Notes: a model not told the origin generated them from the sequence alone. Counted from the first letter of the stretch, positions 51,101-60,718 are shown. The stretch: 64,000 nt of DNA from an uncultured archaeon (GCA_964347045.1 CAYFXC010000005.1:27227-91226); one strand, 5' to 3'. Translations and numbers: made by a program.

Positions 51101-51570
51101 CTCAGCATTGGCTCGATGTCACTCGTCCCCTTGTTTCCTATACTCCAGCGACATCACTTCTTGATATTACTAGTGTTACGGCTACCTGCAGCAATTCAGC
51201 ACATGGCACACTTGACGATGCTGAAGCCTCAACCAACACCTACGCAATCTACGATGACACGACTGGCCTAATAACAACTCTATCAGGTGCACTTACTTGG
51301 TCCGGAAGTGAATGGCAATACATTAGTCTGGATGTCTCATCACTTCCCCATGGGTCCTATTATGTTATCTGTACCTTTGCGGATGCGGATGTCAGTGACA
51401 CGAACAGTCCACGCTCTGCTGTCTTCACAATTGGTCCAGTTGGACCACCACCGTTTGACCTTTTCCAGTGGCTGCTACAGAATTGGCTTATCGTCGTTAT
51501 GGCAATTGTCATCATTCTTTTGCTGATTCTAATAGTTGTGCTATTACGGCGAAGAAAATCAGTTGAATGA
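48124..51570 (+). CDS. Secreted, membrane-anchored C25 (gingipain) family peptidase with inserted FG-GAP-like repeats
   Basis: Signal peptide; FAEWKNLKG, VLLIGD, TDFYY, PDLYVGRIP, AHG (His328), DSC (Cys790), LFGDP; C-terminal TM followed by RRRK. Confidence 0.85.
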   Translation: MKHSFTKLCGIPLILLLTFTLFFPLITPTSFLPSNKALFSVSPLDFRSFEPTVSQPASPEYLIITPNSAWVQSFAEWKNLKGVPTQVANVSWIQANYPISATVRDKAEQIWTFIEDVYDNVSPATLQWVLLIGDNTTIPSRYVYLPDTAEWIGQDPNLKPTDFYYSVMGDSDWDDDNDGRWGECATFNIGGPGYDEIGDWLPDLYVGRIPFNDQSNVSSILAKSLNYARSPTSFSPTGWDSFLLGGAISNYDEELWAWLDQDYTDEAELSDYIDANHIPGYYDIYRFYEDRAFFWNYTSPNTFQKLNETAIIQGINQYSPALINLAAHGSPTDIQRKYDPWGFPYGNTWSSATAGWNTPVTGVAIGDPNNDGNNEIVYTLGLGGGVGLQNGTIWLRDANTMLDTLIWDLWTMPVDGFPTFATCVDIGDVWNNGTIAVVVGTWSGSTVIFTYWMNTIWTAILVSGPEVTDPVLCIEVGNADNVLEPHGYGGSTTPATNVDIAWGHFSGWTFIATCFGAPGVLNHVIFVANVLNIGQSVYSIDVGDPDDDGLGEITCGTGYKNASVLQGDCYQLWYNPGIQWNQLVIEKSLGGFVYGVDTGNAANDGYNKVVVGVSNGAIYMYESGCIPLGQTGFKGPGGTDVGTKQTVTSSGANAGMVRCLNIGYVDDNDLVSTYPTPIEQYSIIAGNQYGGIWKYHANNVTGFLDSYHIAIENYMFGVNVTDLDVGELSHVTGETTPNEEVAAGSEVGLMPLSFVYWFEWPWNLWGNMLNTTQVNASTASIPALVYADSCHTAGYDYAQEALAETFIRNMAIGYIGSMRISWYYRGPVSNSFTWGLNRYMSQDFWNLFFSGTTGYRPGATLYQNKIDYQTTFASIASTFPATWETFHRKNLLSFALFGDPEVDVFTNNPRTLSVNHPANANFNGDTLFRVMDGTSPIAGATICLWDKDGSYYEVQITNSSGYAILHVTASVPNSINVTVTAHDYVPYETIIGTQHWLDVTRPLVSYTPATSLLDITSVTATCSNSAHGTLDDAEASTNTYAIYDDTTGLITTLSGALTWSGSEWQYISLDVSSLPHGSYYVICTFADADVSDTNSPRSAVFTIGPVGPPPFDLFQWLLQNWLIVVMAIVIILLLILIVVLLRRRKSVE

Positions 51571-51632
51571 CCAAACATTGCTATTACGTCTCTCTCCTGC
51601 AGGAGATAGCCTGTGGGAGAGTCCTTTCTCTT

Positions 51633-52478
51633 TTATTCTCTTAATCCTACATCGCGACGATACGAAGTATATGCTCTAACTGCTTTGAGCGAGATCTGAC
51701 TAGTAATAAACTGTTTTCTCTTATCTTGAATAATTCGCAGAGCTTGAGTGTTTGGTCCTTCGGAATTTAGAAACCGAATAGATGGGTCTGCAATACAAGA
51801 CCCCCCACAAGTGAAAACACCAGGAGCATATTCATGTGACGCTTGATCCGTGCTAACGATGGGAATTGTATATTCTTTGGCTCGCACAGAAACTAATGAT
51901 TGCCAAGCCCATTGCCCATACTCGATATGCAGGTTATTTAGAACCGTGGTCATTGTAGGAACCGCTAGGAAATCCACTTCTGGTGCATAATGAGACACTA
52001 AGTCGTGGTACCATAGGTCTGAACAGATAAGAACTGCCATTCTAAGATCCCCAATCTTGAAAGTTGGAAGCAGGGTTCCGGGTTCTAGGCCCAACTGCTT
52101 TTCAACACGGAAGGGATGGGATTTATCATATGAACCTAAAATTTTTCCCGAAGCAGAAAAGACAAAACTTCGATTTCTCCATTTGTTCTTATCCGTTCGA
52201 AAAGGAATAGAACCTGCAACAAAGGATACCTTATGTTGTTGTGCTAGATTGGTAATGTTAGATTGAATTTGTTCAGTAATTTGGTCGCTGTCCTGTTTTG
52301 CAGTTACCCATTCACGCAAGGTTCCAAACGCATACTCAGGTAAGACCACACAATCCAACATCCCCATTTCTGAGAAGGCTTGTTTAAGAAGCGTTTGAAT
52401 TTGGAGAAATGTATCGGATAAATTACTAGCTGGTTTAATTTGAAGTGCTGCGAGATTCAAAATTTCTTTTTGATTCAT
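51633..52478 (-). CDS. Carbon-nitrogen hydrolase (nitrilase superfamily)
   Basis: E-K-C triad in VLPEY, YDKSHPF and LICSDLW. Confidence 0.9.
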   Translation of the reverse strand: MNQKEILNLAALQIKPASNLSDTFLQIQTLLKQAFSEMGMLDCVVLPEYAFGTLREWVTAKQDSDQITEQIQSNITNLAQQHKVSFVAGSIPFRTDKNKWRNRSFVFSASGKILGSYDKSHPFRVEKQLGLEPGTLLPTFKIGDLRMAVLICSDLWYHDLVSHYAPEVDFLAVPTMTTVLNNLHIEYGQWAWQSLVSVRAKEYTIPIVSTDQASHEYAPGVFTCGGSCIADPSIRFLNSEGPNTQALRIIQDKRKQFITSQISLKAVRAYTSYRRDVGLRE

Positions 52479-52543
52479 AGATACTCACCTCTATAATGAA
52501 AGTCTTGAATATTGGTTTCAATTTAGTCAGGTACGTTTTTGAA

Positions 52544-54217
52544 TTACTCTTCGATGGTTTCTAACGTTTCGCCAGGCTTAGGAATCATATTGCCTGGATT
52601 TAAAAGCCACTCCGGATCCAGCGAACGTTTTACAGCTGCCATTTCGTTGAGTCCCTCTTCCCCGTACATGATTTTAAGAAATGGACGTTTGAGTTTTCCG
52701 ATTCCATGTTCGGCACTTACAGTGCCACCAAGCTCAACGGCTTTCTTAGCAAATTGCTTATAGATTTTCATTCCCTGATCGACTTCTTCATCCGTTCTAG
52801 GAAGTATATTCACGTGGAGATGGTTATCGCCGATGTGACCGAACATGATGTATTCCATTCCCGCTTCATCCAGGATCTCTTGGTAATAGTCAATAATCGT
52901 TTCCAGATGTTCGTCGGGAACTGCCATGTCTGTACCGAGTTTATGAACACGAGGATATTGCTGTTTACGCTGAGCAATAAGTGCGTTCACTGTTTCAGGG
53001 ATTAGATGCCTTACTGCTTTCATTTTCTCCAAATCACTGGGGTCGATTCCTGCCCATGTATCCTCTATCCCGATACCATATTTTCCTAGCAGTTCTTGAG
53101 CTCTCATGAGAGTATTTTCCATCTCCGCTTCCAGAAAGGGAATTTCGAAGAAAATAATGGCTTCTGCTTTATCAACTTGAGGAGGAACAGTAACACCGGC
53201 TAAGCCTTTAGCTCGAGCGTCTCTGAGCATTTGCACAGCATTGGAATCGAAATACTCAACTAGGGTTGGTTGCACTGGGCTGGATTCACTTCGTACATCG
53301 ATTACAAAGTTGAGAGCTTCTTTTTCAGTGGGAAAGAAGGCAAAAATGGTCAAACTCCGTTCAGGATAGACTTCTAGCCAGACTTCGGCCAGAGTGATCA
53401 CTCCAAGAATTCCTTCTGAACCAATGAATAAGTCGATGAGATCCATTCCTTTATGTGAAAATAATCCCGCAGCGTTTTTTGTTGATGGCATCACATAGTC
53501 AGGTATTTTGATTTGGCAGATTGTACCGTCTGTTAATTCGATTTGAAAAATCCCATCTTTTGCGAACACATTTCCACGGGAGATATCGAGGACATCGCCA
53601 TTGGCTAATACAATACGGATCCGTTTTGTCCATTTACGAATTGCTTCATATCGAAAGGATCGAGCCCCTGAGGCATTGGCCGCGAGAGAACCACCAAGGT
53701 GGGCTGTCATCTCAGTGGGATCGGGAGGGAAGAAATAGGTAGTTGATTCGGCAAGGAATTTATCCAAAGCCGCCTTTTCTGCGTCTGAACCTAGCTCTTT
53801 CAAGGAATTGAGTTGGCGTTTGTAAACCACTGAGTTAAGGGTTTCAAGTGTAATGCCCGGTTCTGCACGAAGATACCATCGGTTTTGCGTTTCGTCAAAA
53901 TTAAGACCACGAAGGTTGTGCATGTTTTCAAGTGAGAGCAAAACACCCCCTTGGGGTACAGCACCACCAACTAATCCGGTTCGTCCTGCTGAGATGGTGA
54001 TTGGGGTTTTGGTTTTATTTGCCCATTGAATTATAGCAACTACGTCTGTTTCCGTTTTTGCGTAGAAGAGCCGTTCGGCGTAGCCATCACCAAAGCGCGC
54101 TTCATCCGTTAGATAGTCACTGCAACTTTCACATATCGCCTCTTCACCATCAATCACTCGAATGGCATCGAGCTCCGAGGGTATGACGTGTTCTGCCTTG
54201 ATTCTATTGTTTGCCAT
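52544..54217 (-). CDS. FAD-linked oxidoreductase (D-lactate dehydrogenase/GlcD family)
   Basis: AGRTGLVGGA, PPDPT, GSEGILG, GHIGDNHLH, SAEHGIGK, LNPG. Confidence 0.92.
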   Translation of the reverse strand: MANNRIKAEHVIPSELDAIRVIDGEEAICESCSDYLTDEARFGDGYAERLFYAKTETDVVAIIQWANKTKTPITISAGRTGLVGGAVPQGGVLLSLENMHNLRGLNFDETQNRWYLRAEPGITLETLNSVVYKRQLNSLKELGSDAEKAALDKFLAESTTYFFPPDPTEMTAHLGGSLAANASGARSFRYEAIRKWTKRIRIVLANGDVLDISRGNVFAKDGIFQIELTDGTICQIKIPDYVMPSTKNAAGLFSHKGMDLIDLFIGSEGILGVITLAEVWLEVYPERSLTIFAFFPTEKEALNFVIDVRSESSPVQPTLVEYFDSNAVQMLRDARAKGLAGVTVPPQVDKAEAIIFFEIPFLEAEMENTLMRAQELLGKYGIGIEDTWAGIDPSDLEKMKAVRHLIPETVNALIAQRKQQYPRVHKLGTDMAVPDEHLETIIDYYQEILDEAGMEYIMFGHIGDNHLHVNILPRTDEEVDQGMKIYKQFAKKAVELGGTVSAEHGIGKLKRPFLKIMYGEEGLNEMAAVKRSLDPEWLLNPGNMIPKPGETLETIEE

Positions 54218-54380
54218 TTATTTCACCATTGATTCTAGGTGAATTCGATGACTTCGACTATTTCATAGCCATATATCTTTTTGTTATGAGAAGAGATTCC
54301 TCTTTTACAGGAATGAACATATTTATCTAGCCAATATTAGTCCATCAATAAATGAGGGAATCGGATAGCATGAAATATTC

Positions 54381-54989
54381 GTGGATTCAGATTATGGAAT
54401 CAGTATTCGCGGTAGTAATCTTCTCTGCATTAGGGATTCTATTGTTTCTTCCACCCCAGGCTTTTGCCTTTTGATAGACCCCGTGCATAATCGTTGTGTT
54501 TTATGCACCTATGAGCTCGTCATAGTGCTGAGTTTGTGTGGGTTTGGTGTGTTTGCAATCCTGCAGACTGTGACTCGTTTTCCAAATGTACACTCTAGAT
54601 TCATCATGCTGATGGCTCTGTTGGGCTCCTCTGTCTTTGGAATCAGCATTATAGTGGTTTGGATGTTCCTCTCCACAGGCCAGTTAGTTATTACGGGGGG
54701 TTGGGTCCTTACTTTGTTGACTTTCAGTATTGGGGTTGTCCTCCTCCTTGATGGTCTTCATTGGATTTTGCCAGTGGTTTATCGAGTTGATTTCGTTCGG
54801 GACCAATCTAGTCTTGGCTGGTCATTAATAGTCCTTGGTCTTGTTGAGATTCTCCTTGCGAGCCTAGTGTTTCTAAATTTAGAGATTATATGGTTTTTAA
54901 TCTACTTTACAATCCTTCTTAGTGCCATTAACTTGGCTCTTAGTTCCCAGATTCAGACTAGCTCAGATTGGATTGAATCTGAAGCTTAA
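54381..54989 (+). CDS. Hypothetical multi-pass membrane protein
   Basis: At least 5 hydrophobic segments; start uncertain. Confidence 0.55.
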   Translation: MDSDYGISIRGSNLLCIRDSIVSSTPGFCLLIDPVHNRCVLCTYELVIVLSLCGFGVFAILQTVTRFPNVHSRFIMLMALLGSSVFGISIIVVWMFLSTGQLVITGGWVLTLLTFSIGVVLLLDGLHWILPVVYRVDFVRDQSSLGWSLIVLGLVEILLASLVFLNLEIIWFLIYFTILLSAINLALSSQIQTSSDWIESEA

Positions 54990-55094
54990 ATAGGATTGCA
55001 TGAGGTTGGATAGTTAATCATGTCATAAAAAATCATAAAACTCTCTTATGTCCAAACTCCAGTTGACAAAAATGGCTATCCTTATATCTTGTGC

Positions 55095-55292
55095 TTAGAC
55101 TTCAACACTTTCTCTTCTTGCACGTCGGGTTTTAATAGGAATCATCCGTACAGGCTGTTGAGATAATGGTGGGGTTCCAATTGCGATGAATAGGCATCCC
55201 ATTATAATTCACAATACTGCCAAGATTTGATATGGTTTGTTGGTGCTTAAGATCCATAATTTTGGAGTATAATCACCATAAGTTTCCCCCAT
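55095..55292 (-). pseudogene. Possible small membrane-protein gene remnant with in-frame TGA
   Basis: GGAGG SD then ATG 55292; MGETYG...ILAVL*IIMGCLFIAIG, with TGA at 55209-55211 inside a hydrophobic helix. Confidence 0.3.
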
Positions 55293-55579
55293 TGTTGTAC
55301 CCTCCATAGTTAATGTACGAGATTAAGAATAAAAATCCACGTAATCAAGACTCATAGACGAAATGCTTTTTTGCTGCTTAATATAGCATCACCTTGCTGA
55401 AATAAACCTGATTTAAATTGAAGAAGTAAATCAGGTTACGAAGAACCCTAACAATTTCTTATACTCACTCGCATACTAGCAGATCTAGCTTTACTCCTAT
55501 CTTGTGGGTATACTGATTTCTAAATGGATGTTATACGAGATGGTTTTCATTTCTTTCTCAATCAGTTTGGCTTTGTACT

Positions 55580-56086
55580 TCAATCTTTGTTGTTAGTCAA
55601 TATAAGCTCATAAAGTTCAACATCAACACCCCAGAAATGTTGGCGAAGAATGCCTGATTTTTGAAATCCTAGTTTTTGATATAGGGATATCGCTCCTGTG
55701 AGGTCGGGGACTGTATCCAACCAAACCTTTGTTGCATTGTGTTTCTGTGCAAAATTTATCACTTGTCTTGTAAGAGCTGTACCAACCCCTCGTCGTTGGT
55801 ATTTCTGGTCAACAACCATGTGTTTCAACATACATGTTCCATGAATTAATGAACATCCCACAACTCCAATAATCTGATTTTCAATCTTAGCGACAAAATG
55901 AGTATACCGATCTAGTCGCTCTTTGACTTCTGTGGGAGAGGGCTGTCGTGAAATAATAAGTTCTTCAGGTAACTTGTCTCGATAGTCGTCTAAAACCTGT
56001 TTATAGAGTGCTGAGATCTTTTCAATATCATTAAAATCTGCTTGTAAGATCCTAAAACCAAGACGCTCAGACTTTTTTTCTCTCAT
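55580..56086 (-). CDS. GNAT family N-acetyltransferase
   Basis: VVDQKYQRRGVGTAL and AISLYQKLGF motifs. Confidence 0.9.
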   Translation of the reverse strand: MREKKSERLGFRILQADFNDIEKISALYKQVLDDYRDKLPEELIISRQPSPTEVKERLDRYTHFVAKIENQIIGVVGCSLIHGTCMLKHMVVDQKYQRRGVGTALTRQVINFAQKHNATKVWLDTVPDLTGAISLYQKLGFQKSGILRQHFWGVDVELYELILTNNKD

Positions 56087-56394
56087 GATGTAGTTTGTGT
56101 CAATTTCTGGCTATTAAGTATCTGGGATAAAACACAAAGAAAAAAAGTGATCCTAAAAAATCTTCAACTAGCCCTACTTCTGAACCTTGATTGTATTTCG
56201 GATTCAACTGGTCTTTATTTCACTGATCACTACTGTCGACATTATTTTTGGTGATGCATTTTCGAATAACATTCCAATTTAATATCCCTTATTCCTCACT
56301 TGATTTGTCATTTTTAGAATGAGAACCAACTAATTTCTAAAAATTGGTTATCCTCATATTTTTTGTGTAAGAATGAATTCGAGGTAATTGCGGT

Positions 56395-56808
56395 TCATTT
56401 TTCTTCCTTTTCTTGATTTAATAAACCAACTTGAATTGTTATATCATTATTTTGTTTTGGCTTGAGTTGTTCCATTCTTTCCTCAAGAATCAATTTCACA
56501 TGCTTTGGCTCTTTAACTGATAGGAAAATCCTGTTCCAGCGTCCATTTCTAAGAATAAGCCTTATTCCTTCATCTCGAATTGCGAAGTATTTTTCTCCTT
56601 TTATTCCATATCTTAACCCACGACCAATCCACCTTGGAATTTTTTTTACCAATTCTACAAATTCGATATCCAAAATGGGGATTACTTGGTGATGGGTAGC
56701 GAAACATGCCTCAACTCTGTCCAAATAGACTTTGAAATAATATGTTCAGTGCTAAATCCGTCCCCTTTCCTCGTAAAGAGGAATCAATTTATTATTAAAC
56801 GTGATCAC
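56395..56808 (-). pseudogene. Probable pseudogene (PH-like small protein) with two in-frame stops
   Basis: The 109-aa ORF frame continues upstream as VITFNNKLIPLYEERGRI*H*TYYFKVYLDRVE (TAG 56752-56754, TGA 56746-56748), with a GAGGAG SD. Confidence 0.5.
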
Positions 56809-56909
56809 TCCTCAATGAAATTTTGATAGGTCACCTATAGATAGTTGAGTGGAATTTTTCGGACTAAAATTACATATCCGTTTCAGCTCTCACCTTACTC
56901 TATTTTAGT

Positions 56910-57677
56910 CTATACTGTGATGAAGGTATACGACTCAAAATAGTTGAGATTTATGATTGCGCACTCAGTGATTTCAGATCCATACGTTTCAACAAAATAG
57001 TCATTCATATCCAAATTAAAATGGTACAAAATTAGGTATTCGGGTTGAATAATTTGAACTGCTTCAACGATGTCATCCCCGACGTATGTTAAATAGTAGG
57101 GGAGCATGACCACGTCTATTAGCCCATTGAGTTCATCGTATTCCTCGATGGCGTAGGCATCACCCGCGTGAAAAATTGTAAACCCATTGATGTCGATGAT
57201 ATAACTTGTCCAATTTGCGTTTTCCGGATGACTAGAGATAGCTGGGGGTAGATACATGTAGAACGCGGTAACGTTAATTGGTCCCACTCGAAATTGTTCT
57301 CCAGGAACCACGCCAATGCCACTATGTTGAATGATCTCTGTGGACATGCTTGCTGGGAATACGTTGTGTGTGCCTTCTTTTTGAAGCATATTGATTGTGG
57401 CAGCTTCATAATGATCACTATGTGGGTGAGTTATCAAAACCGCATCAGCTGGAGCGAATTGAAAATTTTGTGGGAGATTAATCGGGTCAATATAGATTCG
57501 TACTCCCTCTGCCTCAATCATCACTCCAGCATTATCTAATAACTGTAGATATATTGAATTGGTGTTCATTGGTGGGGAAAAAAGAAGATTCGAAGCTAGA
57601 AAGGCAAAACCAAAACCGACTAACGTGATGACGAAAATTGAGCTAGCGATAATTTTGGTGCGCCTTGAAAGGGACAT
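56910..57677 (-). CDS. MBL-fold metallo-hydrolase with N-terminal TM anchor
   Basis: IDP, ITHPHSDH, FHAGD, LYH motifs. Confidence 0.88.
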   Translation of the reverse strand: MSLSRRTKIIASSIFVITLVGFGFAFLASNLLFSPPMNTNSIYLQLLDNAGVMIEAEGVRIYIDPINLPQNFQFAPADAVLITHPHSDHYEAATINMLQKEGTHNVFPASMSTEIIQHSGIGVVPGEQFRVGPINVTAFYMYLPPAISSHPENANWTSYIIDINGFTIFHAGDAYAIEEYDELNGLIDVVMLPYYLTYVGDDIVEAVQIIQPEYLILYHFNLDMNDYFVETYGSEITECAIINLNYFESYTFITV

Positions 57678-57826
57678 ATTTCTTTTGTTGTTGATACTAA
57701 ATTTTATGGGCTTGGATACCGGTCGTATCGGAATTAGACAATTTCAAATAAAGCATTGCTTCAGAATCGAACTCATCAGTTCAGGATTAGACATCACGGG
57801 TCTTTCGGAAATATGTAAGTGCCAGC

Positions 57827-58969
57827 TCATTTGATTTTAATTTCATCTTCTTTGAGAAGATAATCTTGGAGGTGGTCTTTGGCTTTTTCTCGTCGCTTCT
57901 GGTGTTCAGTTAGATATTTTATTGCAAGGTCGATGCTGATGTTCTTACATTCGCCGCAGAGCATATCACCACTTCGGCATCGTTGTTCAAGGGCTTCAAG
58001 TTTGTCTTGTTTTGGAATAAACAAAAGTTGATAATTATCGAAAATTGAGCAAATTTCAGGCTGTCCGCCCAGTTTTCGTTGTTCTGCAGCATTTCCTCGA
58101 CCCCCCGTAAATGCATTCTGGAGTTTTTTCTTGATGACTGCAGGTGGATCCACGGTAAACAGGGCTGAGTCCGGATCAGAAGCTGACATTTTGCCTCCTT
58201 GTTGGAGTCCACGGAGAAACTTTGAGTGTAATATTCCTGGTTTTAGATATCCTAGTTTTGGAAGAACATCTCGGGCAGCTCGGAAGTGGGCGTCTTGGTC
58301 AATAGCTAGCGGAATGACGCAGGGAACATTATAGCCCACGCGGACTGAGTGGAGGAATGCAGGGACGGCTTGGAAACTGGTAAAGAAGATTGATCCAATG
58401 TTATTTGAATTTGTGAAGCCGAAGACGGCTTTTGCTGTGGAGAAGGTGATGCGCTTGGCTACTTGAATGGCTAAGGGATAGATGGTTCGTGCATGATAGG
58501 AATCCAGGATGATATGTGTGTTCTTGGGGTCAAATCCGATGGCAATAAGGTCCAAGGCATTCTCCTTGGCGTAGTAGCGTGCTTTGTCGAGTTCGAGGTC
58601 GAATTTAAAGAGGAATTTCTCATCGTCGGTGAGTTGGAAGTAGTAGGGGCATTTGAATTTGTCTTGCATCCATTTCGTGAAGATGAATTGGGTCAGGTGT
58701 CCGATATGGGTATGTCCACTGGGTCCCCGACCATTGTATAAGAAGAAGGGATTACCTTTCTCATATTCGTCGAAGATGAAGTTCATATCACGATGGCTGA
58801 AATAGATGCCACGTTTCAGTAGATAGTGTAGTTCACCTGCATGCTTCTGAAATCGGGCGAGTAGTTTTTCGTCGATGCGCTCTGTGCCAAACTGCTTGAT
58901 TAGTTTATCGTAATCAATGTCACCTTTCACTTCCCATGGGGTTACTACAAATTCGTCATCACCGGGCAA
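57827..58969 (-). CDS. trpS: Tryptophanyl-tRNA synthetase (archaeal/eukaryotic type)
   Basis: VVTPWEV, GRGPS..HIGH, TDDEKFL, AIDQD, KMSAS. Confidence 0.96.
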   Translation of the reverse strand: MPGDDEFVVTPWEVKGDIDYDKLIKQFGTERIDEKLLARFQKHAGELHYLLKRGIYFSHRDMNFIFDEYEKGNPFFLYNGRGPSGHTHIGHLTQFIFTKWMQDKFKCPYYFQLTDDEKFLFKFDLELDKARYYAKENALDLIAIGFDPKNTHIILDSYHARTIYPLAIQVAKRITFSTAKAVFGFTNSNNIGSIFFTSFQAVPAFLHSVRVGYNVPCVIPLAIDQDAHFRAARDVLPKLGYLKPGILHSKFLRGLQQGGKMSASDPDSALFTVDPPAVIKKKLQNAFTGGRGNAAEQRKLGGQPEICSIFDNYQLLFIPKQDKLEALEQRCRSGDMLCGECKNISIDLAIKYLTEHQKRREKAKDHLQDYLLKEDEIKIK

Positions 58970-59210
58970 AATGAGTCACAACTCCTTTTTTTGGGTAATT
59001 CAACTTTGGTTTGGCTCTTCTTGGCGAATCTCAGATTACTCTTAGAAAAGGTGCACTTAAAGACTTTAAAAGTTGATTCGGTAGCAGAGCTAGCTAGGCG
59101 ACAAGAAGAGAACAAATTATGCAATAAGCCAAAAACGATCGCCTTTCATTATTAACTACCAGGGGCAAATCACGAGTACTCGTATTTAAATCGTGTGCCA
59201 TCAACCCCCG

Positions 59211-59225
59211 AAAAAACCTTTAAAT
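59211..59225 (+). promoter_or_regulatory. BRE/TATA promoter of tRNA-Trp
   Basis: AAAAAACCTTTAAAT about 35 nt upstream of the tRNA 5' end. Confidence 0.55.
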
Positions 59226-59259
59226 CTCATGCATCAGACCATAGGCTCGTTTGTCAATC

Positions 59260-59404
59260 GGGGTCATGGCCTAACCAGGTATGGCAACGGGCTCCAGAAG
59301 AAGCCACCAGAAATACAAACTGACCGGATGCTCGGGATGACGATGTTCTGGAGCGACCTGGTGAAACCCGTAGATTCTGGGTTCAAATCCCAGTGACCCC
59401 ACCA
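59260..59404 (+). tRNA. trnW: tRNA-Trp(CCA) with ~68-nt intron at 37/38 (about 59298-59365) and encoded CCA
   Basis: Acceptor GGGGTCA/TGACCCC-A-CCA; anticodon stem ACGGG/CCCGT; anticodon CCA 59294-59296; T-loop GGTTCAAATCC. Confidence 0.93.
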
Positions 59405-59468
59405 CAATTTCATTTAGTCAACTTGGTGATTTTCTGACGCTATTTCTGATCCTAAAATCAAGAAGTGG

Positions 59469-60242
59469 TCATTCGTCTTGGCCGTAGCTTTGCCATTTAC
59501 TAGCTCGCGCAAATCCTCTCATATATCCAACTTTGTGATTTACGCTGAGAACTGTGCCTTTGGTATGGCCCCGGAGAATTACTGCCGTTCGTCGTGTTTT
59601 AGGATCGATATATAATGGGCCTCGAATTGAGTTCCAAAGAAACTCACTGAAATATGCGGTTAGTAAGCTTATGGTTGTTGATATTGCACAAAATGATGTG
59701 ATAACCATTACTGCCATTAGGAGAAAGAGCCAAGGAGATGTAAGCCATAGAAGCATTTCGTAGGGTGAAGTGTATCCATACATGCCTGCAATGATGGAGA
59801 ATAGCATATTCATATTTATCATGTCGATGAGGTAGGCGTTCGAGTAAAAAACCGCAAATAGAACGGCTCCCAGTAGGCGATGACGGAAGGAATGAGAATC
59901 TATGAGTGGGATGAAAATTGCTGCGGATATGCCGATGCTGAAACTCATGATAAGAGGAATGGGTGATGAGGGTATAGAGACTATTTGAATGGAATAGCTT
60001 GAACCTGACCCTGAAGAGATTTCTTCTATAAAAACGGTGGGTGGGATGAAAATGGCGATGCTAAGAAGGATTAAACCTGCTATGCCCGAAATTAGAATGT
60101 ACAAAAAAACTCCGCTATCGGAAATCCAGCTTCTTTTAGGGATTGAATAGGTGGTTGGAAAATCACGCGCCATGGATGGCGGCATGGGGCAAGCTTTGTA
60201 AGATTTCTTCAATGCATTTTTATTTAATGGGTTATTTTCCAT
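59469..60242 (-). CDS. Hypothetical membrane protein
   Basis: About 5 TM segments; start set to ATG 60242 to limit overlap. Confidence 0.65.
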   Translation of the reverse strand: MENNPLNKNALKKSYKACPMPPSMARDFPTTYSIPKRSWISDSGVFLYILISGIAGLILLSIAIFIPPTVFIEEISSGSGSSYSIQIVSIPSSPIPLIMSFSIGISAAIFIPLIDSHSFRHRLLGAVLFAVFYSNAYLIDMINMNMLFSIIAGMYGYTSPYEMLLWLTSPWLFLLMAVMVITSFCAISTTISLLTAYFSEFLWNSIRGPLYIDPKTRRTAVILRGHTKGTVLSVNHKVGYMRGFARASKWQSYGQDE

Positions 60243-60718
60243 CCTAATTGCTCCCTGATCTGAGTCAACAAGTGGAGAGCATTCTCGGAGGGTGTATGGT
60301 TGGGTTGTAGTAAGACTTGCCACTCTTTGGCTAGTTGGTTGATGGTATCAATGCAATTATCCTGGGCTTCACAATTGTTACAGGCGCCATTATGTTCAAA
60401 CCAAGTTTGGATTCCGAGTTTGAGTGAGTAAAAAATATAGGCTTGGCTTTTGGTGCTGGGATTGTAACCAACAGCGAATCCATGTCGGGGGCTAGAATGT
60501 TGGATATGAATACGGTTGACTGCTGCTGAATATTGGATGAGTTGTTTAATCCTTGTTTCGGCCTGTCGTTGAGCCTTACTGATGAATGGGCGAGAGACGC
60601 CAAATTTCTCTGCAAGTTTAGAGGGGCGGATTTTTTGACGCCTTTTCAACCAGATGTGATTTTGCTGCTTAGTGGGGTATCGCAGGTTAGGAAACATCAA
60701 ACAAACTCTTCCATTCAT
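60224..60718 (-). CDS. HTH DNA-binding protein with C-terminal Cys cluster
   Basis: PSKLAEKFGVSRPFISK HTH; H..AC..C....C motif. Confidence 0.7.
   Translation of the reverse strand: MNGRVCLMFPNLRYPTKQQNHIWLKRRQKIRPSKLAEKFGVSRPFISKAQRQAETRIKQLIQYSAAVNRIHIQHSSPRHGFAVGYNPSTKSQAYIFYSLKLGIQTWFEHNGACNNCEAQDNCIDTINQLAKEWQVLLQPNHTPSENALHLLTQIREQLGWKITH

Noticed and set aside
55095-56808. Selenocysteine or pyrrolysine read-through of the in-frame TGA/TAG codons
   Set aside because: Contexts are not redox or methyltransferase motifs, no SECIS-like hairpin was seen, and two different stops two codons apart fit decay better
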